Positions 10,820-17,789 of a stretch of 64,000 nucleotides of DNA are shown in pieces. The translations under genes and the position numbers were made by a program. The notes below the pieces were generated by a model. The model did not search any database. It was given only the letters and a program-made list of their open reading frames with translations, and was not told the DNA's origin. Each line of letters begins with the position of its first letter. Positions within the stretch are counted from its first letter, which is position 1. The stretch is from a virus (lineage: Duplodnaviria; Caudoviricetes): positions 1 to 64,000 of the IMG/VR virus record IMGVR_UViG_3300010429_001696. One strand, 5' to 3'.

Positions 10820-11946
10820 TTAAAAAATTTAAAATTTTTTTAAATGAGAAATATGAAGATATTCTAAAAAGTTATGGTAATGTAGCCAAAAATCTTCAAG
10901 ATGAAAGAGGTCACACTCCAAATGTATTCGGTCGCTTTGCGCATATCCCGTCAAACGGACTAGCAGAAAAATTATTGGAAAAATATTATGAACCAGGATT
11001 TAAATTATTAGACATAGGGTGTGGTCTGGGTAATATTTTAAAATTGGGCAATGAAATCGGATATCAATCAACAGGAATAGAAATAAACGAATCTTTAAAA
11101 AAATATCATGAAGGATTAAATGTGATTTATGGTGATGTTTTAAATATAGATCTAAAATTTATAAAGGATTTTGATGTTATATATCTATATAGACCATTGG
11201 GTCCATTAAACAAATGTAATAAATTATTTGAAAAATTATACAAAAATTGTAAAGATAATTGTAAAATAATATATGTTTATTCTTCTCAGTTAGAATTGGG
11301 TTTAAAAAGAAAATTTAATTTTGAAAAATTCGATACTGAGTTTACTTTCATGACGGATAGACCATATGACAAAAATTTCGAGAACTATTATTCGATATTA
11401 ACTCCTATAAAAAATGTAGAAGATGTTGATGCAAAAGAAGTTTTAAACAAAGCTATTAAAGAGCTTTCTAAGTATAGAGTAATAGATAATGAAGATTATA
11501 GTAGATCAGATCAAAAATATGGATCAACGTTTGTGTGTGACAATATAAACAACATAACAGATTTTTTGAGCCATTTAGAAAAATCATATCATTTAATTGA
11601 TAGCAACAATTTGGATATCAAATTTGCTCATACTTTTTATATCGAATATTCAGAAAAAGAAGAAGATTACAATAGAATAAAAATGAAATCTCCACTCGGG
11701 CGAGGCAAATATTATCCAGAATTTGACCCCACACCAAAAATAATGTATCTACCAATGGTTATATGGAGAATGAGCGGAATTGATATCGGAATCGAAAATA
11801 GACTTAAAAGGTTAGATATCATCAATTCTATTAAAAGAGATTTAAAAAGAATAGAAAATTATAAATTAAAATTTTTTAAATTATCTGTACATATGATTTA
11901 TTCTAAGATTGATGGCGAAATATATGAATTAATATATAAAATCTAA
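10816..11946 (+). CDS. Class I SAM-dependent methyltransferase with leader
   Basis: LLDIGCGLG, GIEIN, GDV, DVIYLYRP; N-terminal KKFKIFLNE. Confidence 0.75.
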   Translation: MIKKFKIFLNEKYEDILKSYGNVAKNLQDERGHTPNVFGRFAHIPSNGLAEKLLEKYYEPGFKLLDIGCGLGNILKLGNEIGYQSTGIEINESLKKYHEGLNVIYGDVLNIDLKFIKDFDVIYLYRPLGPLNKCNKLFEKLYKNCKDNCKIIYVYSSQLELGLKRKFNFEKFDTEFTFMTDRPYDKNFENYYSILTPIKNVEDVDAKEVLNKAIKELSKYRVIDNEDYSRSDQKYGSTFVCDNINNITDFLSHLEKSYHLIDSNNLDIKFAHTFYIEYSEKEEDYNRIKMKSPLGRGKYYPEFDPTPKIMYLPMVIWRMSGIDIGIENRLKRLDIINSIKRDLKRIENYKLKFFKLSVHMIYSKIDGEIYELIYKI

Positions 11947-11952
11947 TTTTTT

Positions 11953-12861
11953 CTAAAAATTTTTTAAAATGTTGCTAAATATATTTGAAATTTTTACATA
12001 ATATATTTCATTATATGAAGAATATTTATCATAATAAAAAATTTCTTTTATAGTTTTACTTGATATATCATCCAATTCTTTATATGATTTCTCTATATAC
12101 TCTTTATATTTTAATTTGAAAAATTTATTCCATTTATTATAATACTCAATCAAATCTTTTTTATCATGACATTCTTCACCATTAAAATATTGATTAAATA
12201 GTTTAGTAAAATTTAATAAATCGCTTATATCAGAAAATTGATCAATAAATTCGTTTGGGTCAAAATCTTTCAAAGATTCAAAAAATTTATATAAATATGA
12301 AGACTCAAATAATTTATACAATTCATCTTTACTACAATCACAATTTCTAAACTGAGCATATAACATTGTATATCTTGCTATTAACTCGTGTTCCAATGTC
12401 AAATAAACCAAATATAAAAATTTATCATATCTATTGTCAATATCTTTTTTTATTATAGAAACATATAAAGACTTCACAAAATCCAACATATCACTATCAT
12501 TCTCAATTGTGTAAATATCGTATATGTGTCTAATTTCGTGGGCGACAACAGATATCAGTTTATTCTTATCTATTTTTTTATCATATATTTCAATTGGTAT
12601 AATTATGTTTTCTCTGTTTCTATATAATAAATCATAGATGTTTACATTCGAATAATATACACTTTTTTCATCATCTTCGATAAAATTAATATGAACATTA
12701 GCAATATTATCTAGCAGCCCATATTTTCTCAAATCTAAATAAACGACACAAGATGAATCTACATTTTTCAAATCTTCCTCGATATAACTGATTATATTTT
12801 TAATATCCTCGGGAATATAAGATTTGAACTCGTTTAAAAAATTTTGATAATTATAAATCAT
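11953..12861 (-). CDS. Putative zincin metalloprotease-like protein
   Basis: VAHEIRH (HExxH) plus downstream EHELIAR; leader YQNFLNE. Confidence 0.55.
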   Translation of the reverse strand: MIYNYQNFLNEFKSYIPEDIKNIISYIEEDLKNVDSSCVVYLDLRKYGLLDNIANVHINFIEDDEKSVYYSNVNIYDLLYRNRENIIIPIEIYDKKIDKNKLISVVAHEIRHIYDIYTIENDSDMLDFVKSLYVSIIKKDIDNRYDKFLYLVYLTLEHELIARYTMLYAQFRNCDCSKDELYKLFESSYLYKFFESLKDFDPNEFIDQFSDISDLLNFTKLFNQYFNGEECHDKKDLIEYYNKWNKFFKLKYKEYIEKSYKELDDISSKTIKEIFYYDKYSSYNEIYYVKISNIFSNILKNF

Positions 12862-12901
12862 ATAAATATATATTCAATGAAATATCGTATGTTTTTGAAA
12901 G

Positions 12902-12973
12902 TTGAGATGAAAAGATTCGAACTTTTATCGGGTGATCCAAGAGTCACTAATGATGCCATTGCACCACATCTCA
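12902..12973 (-). tRNA. Atypical tRNA with 8-nt anticodon loop (CUCUUGGA; Lys-CUU or Gln-like)
   Basis: TGAGATG/CATCTCA acceptor, AAAAG-TTCGAAT-CTTTT T arm, GTGA/TCAC anticodon stem. Confidence 0.7.
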
Positions 12974-12976
12974 GAG

Positions 12977-13048
12977 TGGCGAGAGGGAATTTCGAAATCC
13001 CGGCCTAGCGAATATGAGTCGCTTGTTCTGCCTCTGAACTACCTCGCC
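12977..13048 (-). tRNA. tRNA-Met/Ile2 (CAT)
   Basis: GGCGAGG...AGCGA-CTCATAT-TCGCT...TCTCGCCA. Confidence 0.9.
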
Positions 13049-13160
13049 ATAATATTTTACAGAATACTTTTTTTGGACATATTTAAAAGACATGTTTTGG
13101 TTTTTTGTTGCTGTAAGTATTCTTTAGTTGTTTTGCTCATTAGATACCAGATTTTATTAG

Positions 13161-13233
13161 TTGCCCTGTCAGAGTATGATTCTGAATCTCAACATTCAAA
13201 GTGTTGCGTGATAGCCAATTTCACTACAAGGCA
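13161..13233 (-). tRNA. tRNA-Gln (TTG), non-canonical T loop ATCATAC
   Basis: TGCCTTG/CAGGGCA acceptor, CAACA-CTTTGAA-TGTTG. Confidence 0.85.
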
Positions 13234-13240
13234 GTATATC

Positions 13241-13492
13241 TTATATATTATATTTTTCGTATGTCTTCACCCATTTTTTAATCGCATTTCCACTAACGCC
13301 ATATTTTCTCCCAACACCACATAAACCAAATTCATCAATCTCATTTTTTAATTGCTCAAATGATGGTCTATCTACCTTTCTTCTAGATACAAAAGAATTC
13401 TTTATGTTGTTTTCTTTCTGTTTCAGTATAGACTTAAAATCATCTGGGATATACTTCTTAAATTCATTTAAAAAATCAAGATAATATTTCAT
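13241..13492 (-). CDS. Small protein: leader plus HTH like the C-terminus of phage HNH endonucleases
   Basis: MKYYLDFLNEFKKYIPDD; RRKVDRPS...GVGRKYGVSGNAIKKW. Confidence 0.65.
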   Translation of the reverse strand: MKYYLDFLNEFKKYIPDDFKSILKQKENNIKNSFVSRRKVDRPSFEQLKNEIDEFGLCGVGRKYGVSGNAIKKWVKTYEKYNI

Positions 13493-13559
13493 AAGGTTTT
13501 TAATTATATATTAAAAAATAATGATTTGGTTTAAATTTCAACATTTCAAAGAACTTTTG

Positions 13560-13645
13560 AGTCGACGGTCAGACTCGAACTGACATGCCTTTCGGTTTTT
13601 ACAATTTTGCAGATTGCTGGCTATTTCCAATTCACCCACGTCGAC
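13560..13645 (-). tRNA. tRNA-Cys (GCA) with enlarged variable region
   Basis: GTCGACG/CGTCGAC-T, GCAAT-CTGCAAA-ATTGT, variable AAAAACCGAAAGGCAT. Confidence 0.85.
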
Positions 13646-14526
13646 AAATTATTTAAATATTTTTGTTCATATTTTTTAATATCTTCTAAAAACCACACCT
13701 CAAAATCTAATCCTAATTTTTTTGCTGATTCCCATTTATTATAATCATCTTCTTTTATCCTGCCCTTTATCTCTAAATTTTTAATGCTATCATTGTTATT
13801 TATGATTCGAAAATCTATGATATAAGTGTGTTCATTTTTATCGATTCCAATATATTTTATTCTAACCTTACCATATTCCCAATCTTTGATCAAATTGATT
13901 TCTTTCATTTTATCTAAAATATAACAAGCTCTTAATTCATATGTTCCTTGAACTCTGATATCTTTATATTCTAACCATTTTGTTGTTCCACCAGCAACAT
14001 AATTCTTTCCAGTGTCGTAAGATTTTTTATTTACTTTGCTCCAATTTATATTAGAATTATGAACAGTTAACCATCCTCCTCTTTTTTTAGATGCACAACT
14101 AATACTGCAATATTTTTGATTTCTCTTAGCCCATTTTATTTCAAATTCTTTTTCACAATATTCACACTTTAATAATACTGTGTGACTATGGCATCCTTTA
14201 TCAGTCAAAGTTTTAGAAATTTTGTTTTTTGTTTCATCACTATGATTTCTGGAATTGGCGCATTTTCTTGAGCAGAATTTATTATATTTCCCTTTATCAA
14301 AATCGTTTTCAGTGATTCTAATATAGAAAATATTATTACATTTAGAACATTTTTGTTTTAATTCTATTCTTTTTGATTTTTCAACACCTTTAAATTTTTC
14401 TGAATTTTTTCTAATTCTCTCTTCTTTTTTGGGGTTTGAATCACAATTTGAAACATGTAAAGCATATAAACATTGTTTATCAACTTCTATTAATTTGTTA
14501 CACCATTTACAAATTTTACTATACAT
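13621..14526 (-). CDS. Zn-finger plus PD-(D/E)xK (TnsA-like) free-standing homing endonuclease
   Basis: Likely start MYSKICKWC at 14526; CxxC/FCSRKCANSR/YCSISCA motifs; QGTYELR..YIIDFRII..LEIKGR; 3' end overlaps tRNA-Cys. Confidence 0.75.
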   Translation of the reverse strand: MYSKICKWCNKLIEVDKQCLYALHVSNCDSNPKKEERIRKNSEKFKGVEKSKRIELKQKCSKCNNIFYIRITENDFDKGKYNKFCSRKCANSRNHSDETKNKISKTLTDKGCHSHTVLLKCEYCEKEFEIKWAKRNQKYCSISCASKKRGGWLTVHNSNINWSKVNKKSYDTGKNYVAGGTTKWLEYKDIRVQGTYELRACYILDKMKEINLIKDWEYGKVRIKYIGIDKNEHTYIIDFRIINNNDSIKNLEIKGRIKEDDYNKWESAKKLGLDFEVWFLEDIKKYEQKYLNNLSTWVNWK

Positions 14527-14605
14527 AATTATATATATAAAAATTTGCCGGTTCATAATAGAATCGAACTTAATATTTCCAATAATTTCAAAGAACTTAT
14601 CTAAG

Positions 14606-14908
14606 CGGTGCCGACCGGGCTCGAACCGGCGACTTCCTGCGTGCATTTTTTAAAACCTTTTTGTTTCCAAAAAGTTAGGACTATATCATCATCTCAGAGA
14701 GATGTTGGATGCTAATTTGGTATTATATTATATTGCTATAACCCCCAATAGTCTCTGCACCTTCCGTCTCTGACGGCTTGGCTCAGGATTACCATCTTTT
14801 TAAAAAAGTTAGGCTTCCCTGAATTCATCCAATTTTTCAATCATTATCGCTAATGAAAGCTGCCACTTCTGACAGGCAGGCATTCTAAACCAACTGAACT
14901 ACAGCACC
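14606..14908 (-). tRNA. tRNA-Asp (GTC) interrupted by group I intron
   Basis: 5' exon GGTGCTGTAGTTCAGTTGGTTTAGAATGCCTGCCTGT (14908-14872) plus 3' exon CACGCAGGAAGTCGCCGGTTCGAGCCCGGTCGGCACCG (14643-14606). Confidence 0.92.
14644..14871 (-). ncRNA. Group I intron (IC-like, ORF-less, 228 nt) at anticodon position 35/36
   Basis: Follows U, ends in G; core motifs AATTCAGGGAAGCC, GGTAATCCTGAGCCAAG, GTGCAGAGACTA, GATATAGTCC. Confidence 0.9.
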
Positions 14909-14978
14909 ATATTTTTTCAAAGCCAATAAATTAGCAAAGAAAATTAATTTTTTATCAATATTTCAATGAACTATTATG

Positions 14979-15063
14979 CGTCCCAGGAAGGATTCGAACC
15001 TACGTTGGATTTTCATCGTCGGGTTAACAGCCCGGACCGTTCGACCACTACGGCAACTGAGAC
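14979..15063 (-). tRNA. tRNA-Asn (GTT) with long variable arm
   Basis: GTCTCAG/CTGGGAC-G, CGGG-CTGTTAA-CCCG, variable arm GAT-GAAA-ATC. Confidence 0.85.
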
Positions 15064-15068
15064 TTTTG

Positions 15069-15155
15069 CGGTCCCTACGGGATTCGAACCCGTCTGAGAT
15101 ATTTCTATCAACCGATGTGACAGACCGGCAGCCACGCCTAGCAGCCCCAGAGACC
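15069..15155 (-). tRNA. tRNA-Asp (GTC) with long variable arm
   Basis: GGTCTCT/AGGGACC-G, CCGGT-CTGTCAC-ATCGG, variable arm GATA-GAAA-TATC. Confidence 0.85.
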
Positions 15156-15159
15156 AGAG

Positions 15160-15233
15160 TAGTCAAGGGCGGACTCGAACCGCCAGCCACGACTTTATCA
15201 GAGTCGCAATCTAACCAATTGATATACTTGACT
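15160..15233 (-). tRNA. tRNA-Ile (GAT)
   Basis: AGTCAAG/CTTGACT-A, CGACT-CTGATAA-AGTCG. Confidence 0.92.
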
Positions 15234-15263
15234 ATGCAATAATTTCAAAGAACTTAAAATTTG

Positions 15264-15333
15264 TGCCGCCGGAAGGATCTCGAACCTTCGCGCCGAGGTT
15301 TTACAGACCTGTCGCCTACCCTGGGTCGTCGGC
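15264..15333 (-). tRNA. Atypical tRNA-Tyr (GTA): short variable loop, weak D arm, 8-nt T loop
   Basis: GCCGACG/CGGCGGC-A, AGGT-CTGTAAA-ACCT, GAAGG-TTCGAGAT-CCTTC. Confidence 0.7.
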
Positions 15334-15350
15334 AATTCTAAAAAGATAAA

Positions 15351-15529
15351 AAAATTGTCTGCTCATTCCAAGTATGAAATAAAGTTTCTGGACATATCCT
15401 ATTAGGGACTTCACCAGAATGCAAGTCTACCTGACCTTTATCTTACTAAGCGAATTGACGTTTTCTTGGAAAAACTATGACAATCTTTCTGAAGGATTAT
15501 CATCGATTCACTTTTCACCAGACAATTTT
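15351..15529 (-). ncRNA. Unidentified multi-branched structured RNA (~180 nt)
   Basis: 11-bp closing stem AAAATTGTCTG/CAGACAATTTT; internal stems TGATAATC/GATTGTCA, GTTTT/AAAAC, TTCTGG/CCAGAA, AGATAAAG/CTTTATTT; no ORF; inside tRNA operon. Confidence 0.65.
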
Positions 15530-15532
15530 ATA

Positions 15533-15628
15533 AAAAATGTGTGTTCCAACATGAAACCGTAGGACTTTTTCCGTCTGATTACCGGAACCTGTGGGACACT
15601 GGGAATCGAACCCTCACCACACATTTTT
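15533..15628 (-). ncRNA. Unidentified structured RNA (~95 nt) with T-loop hairpin
   Basis: Closing stem AAAAATGTGTG/CACACATTTTT, GGG-TTCGATT-CCC, TTCCG/CGGAA. Confidence 0.6.
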
Positions 15629-15898
15629 AATCTCATTTTTTCAAAGAACTATTTTTTTATTATATTTTTTATATTTTTAACTTTTAACTTCAACCATCTT
15701 TTATTTCTAACAACCGTTCTATCTTTATCATTCAACTCCACTTTTTCGCCATCCCATATGCCAGTTAAATATATTTTTATGGATTTTCTACCATTTGAAT
15801 AATCATATTTAGAATCAACATATTCAACAAGATCCCCTTCCTCTATTTCATTATAATTTTTTTTATCATTGCTCCTTTCTTATTATATTTTTTAAAAC

Positions 15899-15932
15899 AA
15901 AAAAACCCAATCTTTTATTTCAGATTGGGTTT
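15899..15932 (-). terminator. Attenuator terminator of tRNA operon 1
   Basis: AAACCCAATCT-GAAATAAA-AGATTGGGTTT followed by TTTTGTTTT. Confidence 0.85.
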
Positions 15933-15960
15933 ATAAAAACTAAGCTATATGCAAAATGAT

Positions 15961-16023
15961 TCACCCAATCAGAATTTTCATTTGATCGTCATAAATATTC
16001 ATATAATTACACATAGTTTTCAT
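15961..16023 (-). CDS. Leader peptide 1, MKTMCNYMNIYDDQMKILIG
   Basis: 20-codon ORF whose end (GATTGGGTGA) is complementary to the terminator 5' arm; codons match downstream tRNAs. Confidence 0.8.
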   Translation of the reverse strand: MKTMCNYMNIYDDQMKILIG

Positions 16024-16030
16024 AATTGCT

Positions 16031-16120
16031 CGTTTATTATATATTGTATTAAAAAAGTCGTTTTTTTCCGTTTTTGTTTTAATTATACGACAAAATTACT
16101 AAAAAGTTTCAAAATAAAAA
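16031..16120 (-). promoter_or_regulatory. Promoter module 1 (TAATTTTG element plus AATATATA element)
   Basis: ~90 bp near-duplicate of 17789-17880; TAnnTTTG at 16091-16098. Confidence 0.7.
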
Positions 16121-16139
16121 ATATTTTTTAATTTTTTTT

Positions 16140-16418
16140 TTAAAAAACTCCGTTATCTTCGCCATATGTTGCATTCCAATAGATTATATCTTTTATATCT
16201 ATAATTACATCATCTAAAGTTTTTACTCTATAAGGCCTAGCTCTTTTTAATTCATCTGGTGTGAAAATTCTATGATTATACATTTTCATTGCTTTTTCAG
16301 CCTTATCATTTGTCTCCTCACAAAAATTTTCAGCTTCTTTTATGTCTGTAAAAATATGATAAAAGATTGTATCATCTGGTGTTATAACTACATAAATTTC
16401 ACTCGTTTCATATCTCAT
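16140..16418 (-). CDS. Hypothetical protein
   Basis: Open ORF in a minus-strand gene run. Confidence 0.6.
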   Translation of the reverse strand: MRYETSEIYVVITPDDTIFYHIFTDIKEAENFCEETNDKAEKAMKMYNHRIFTPDELKRARPYRVKTLDDVIIDIKDIIYWNATYGEDNGVF

Positions 16419-16511
16419 CGTTTTTTTTTATTTTTTTTATCTAGGGCTTTTGTGGTCTTTCTACGAAATCTTCACCGAAAGGATCATCCGTATTAAATGC
16501 TTCAAATTTTT

Positions 16512-17117
16512 TCATGTTAATTTATCATTTTCCTTATCAGATATTCTATTAACAAAATATGTATTGTCTTGTGGAAGTTTTTTTGAAACATTAAAAGAAT
16601 GAATTTCATTTTTATATTTCAATCTCAGATAATTCTCTCTGTTTTTATCAATCTGGATGCATTGAAATATCGTTATCACCATGGCCAACATAGATATAAT
16701 AAATCCATTAATAGAGCCCTGATCATTTATTCCTCTAAAGAAACATATAATATAAAATATGAATATGGCTGCTGTTAATATGATTGCTCCGGTTGTGAAA
16801 ATTCCAATTTCTTCATTTTTCTTATCCAAAAAAATATTAAATATAAAATTTATTCCTTTATCATAAAACTTTTTTATTTTATTTAAAATGTTGAATCTTT
16901 CTCCAATCTGTTCTATTTTATCAATATCTATTATATTATTGCTAAAATATTCTAATATCATTTTCTGATATTTTGGACTCAAACTACTAAAAACATTAAC
17001 TATCTTATTTCTTATACCATCATCATTTATATACTTGTTTATTAATTTCAAATCGAAATCGATGGTATTGTTCTCGGCTAAGAATTCATCATAATTTTTC
17101 ATTTTCCTATCTTTCAT
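16512..17117 (-). CDS. Hypothetical membrane protein with T4 CTS-like leader
   Basis: MKNYDEFLAE; two hydrophobic segments. Confidence 0.65.
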   Translation of the reverse strand: MKDRKMKNYDEFLAENNTIDFDLKLINKYINDDGIRNKIVNVFSSLSPKYQKMILEYFSNNIIDIDKIEQIGERFNILNKIKKFYDKGINFIFNIFLDKKNEEIGIFTTGAIILTAAIFIFYIICFFRGINDQGSINGFIISMLAMVITIFQCIQIDKNRENYLRLKYKNEIHSFNVSKKLPQDNTYFVNRISDKENDKLT

Positions 17118-17175
17118 TTTATTAATATTTCTTTTTATTTTATATATTAATAAAAAAAAACAGAAAAAATAATAA

Positions 17176-17376
17176 TTACCATCTTATAATTTTGAAGTTT
17201 GCTCCTTTACTTTTTACTATTTTACCTTCTTTTTCGAGTTCAGCAATAATGATATCAACCAGAACTTTATTCAATTCTGATATATCCCAGTAGTAAAAAG
17301 TATCTCCTCGCTTCGCTGATTTTAAAATCTCACGACGAAGAAATTTTAATATTTCTTGTTTTTGTTCTGGTAACAT
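17176..17376 (-). CDS. Hypothetical protein
   Basis: Start MLPEQK at 17376; the longer ORF call overlaps a tRNA. Confidence 0.6.
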   Translation of the reverse strand: MLPEQKQEILKFLRREILKSAKRGDTFYYWDISELNKVLVDIIIAELEKEGKIVKSKGANFKIIRW

Positions 17377-17396
17377 TTTTTTTTGTAAGTTTTTTG

Positions 17397-17476
17397 TTGT
17401 GGTGGAGGGATTTGAACCCTCATACACCAGATTACGCTTTTAATGCATGTTTATAAGACATGTGCGATACACCACA
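17397..17476 (-). tRNA. tRNA-Ile (TAT)-like, lacking a normal D arm
   Basis: TGTGGTG/CACCACA-A, 7-nt connector, CATGT-CTTATAA-ACATG, 24-nt extra region, GAGGG-TTCAAAT-CCCTC. Confidence 0.75.
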
Positions 17477-17482
17477 ATATTG

Positions 17483-17558
17483 TACTCCCGATGGGACTCG
17501 AACCCACAACTTCCGCCTTGAAAGGGCGGCGACTTTAAACCAGTTCGTCTACAGGAGC
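17483..17558 (-). tRNA. tRNA-Glu (TTC)
   Basis: GCTCCTG/CGGGAGT-A, CCGCC-CTTTCAA-GGCGG. Confidence 0.92.
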
Positions 17559-17566
17559 TTATGATT

Positions 17567-17640
17567 TGGTAGCCTGTTTGGAAATCGAATCCAAATTGTC
17601 GATGTGAGAAACCGATCTCCTGCCATTAGAGGAACAGGCC
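17567..17640 (-). tRNA. tRNA-Glu (CTC) with encoded CCA
   Basis: GGCCTGT/ACAGGCT-ACCA, TCGGT-TTCTCAC-ATCGA. Confidence 0.88.
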
Positions 17641-17676
17641 ATATATTTTTTTTTCAAAGAACAATCAAAACATAAC

Positions 17677-17703
17677 AAAAAACCCAATCTTTTTTGATTG
17701 GGT
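17677..17703 (-). terminator. Attenuator terminator of tRNA operon 2
   Basis: ACCCAATC-AAAAAA-GATTGGGT followed by TTTTTGTT. Confidence 0.85.
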
Positions 17704-17738
17704 CTCTTATATAAAAAAGCATATAAAAATATTCCCAA

Positions 17739-17789
17739 TCAAGTTGGCGAGTTTTCTATCTCTTCATATATGTTAAAATTTTTCATCAT
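17739..17789 (-). CDS. Leader peptide 2, MMKNFNIYEEIENSPT
   Basis: Contains ATA TAT GAA GAG ATA GAA; stop lies within TTGATTGGG, complementary to the terminator 5' arm. Confidence 0.8.
   Translation of the reverse strand: MMKNFNIYEEIENSPT

Larger units (their letters stand above)
13544..17662 (-). promoter_or_regulatory. Six boxA-like elements (GTTCTTTGAAA) dispersed in the tRNA operons
   Basis: Exact copies at 13544-13554, 14586-14596, 15243-15253, 15639-15649, 17652-17662; one-mismatch copy at 14961-14971. Confidence 0.75.

Noticed and set aside
12932-15242. ORFs 12932..13324, 14429..14653, 14963..15190, 14976..15242 and the first 40 codons of 13621..14646
   Set aside because: They overlap tRNA genes or the intron; shadow ORFs.
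15351-15529. 6S RNA, SRP or tmRNA identity for the 180-nt RNA
   Set aside because: Branched rather than rod-like, no SRP helix-8 motif, no tmRNA acceptor ends or tag ORF.
15949-16131. 60-aa plus-strand ORF
   Set aside because: Antisense to leader 1 and its promoter cassette; no recognisable protein features.
15899-17789. T-box riboswitch explanation for the leaders
   Set aside because: No T-box UGGNACC bulge or stem I specifier; a translated ORF overlapping the antiterminator fits better.
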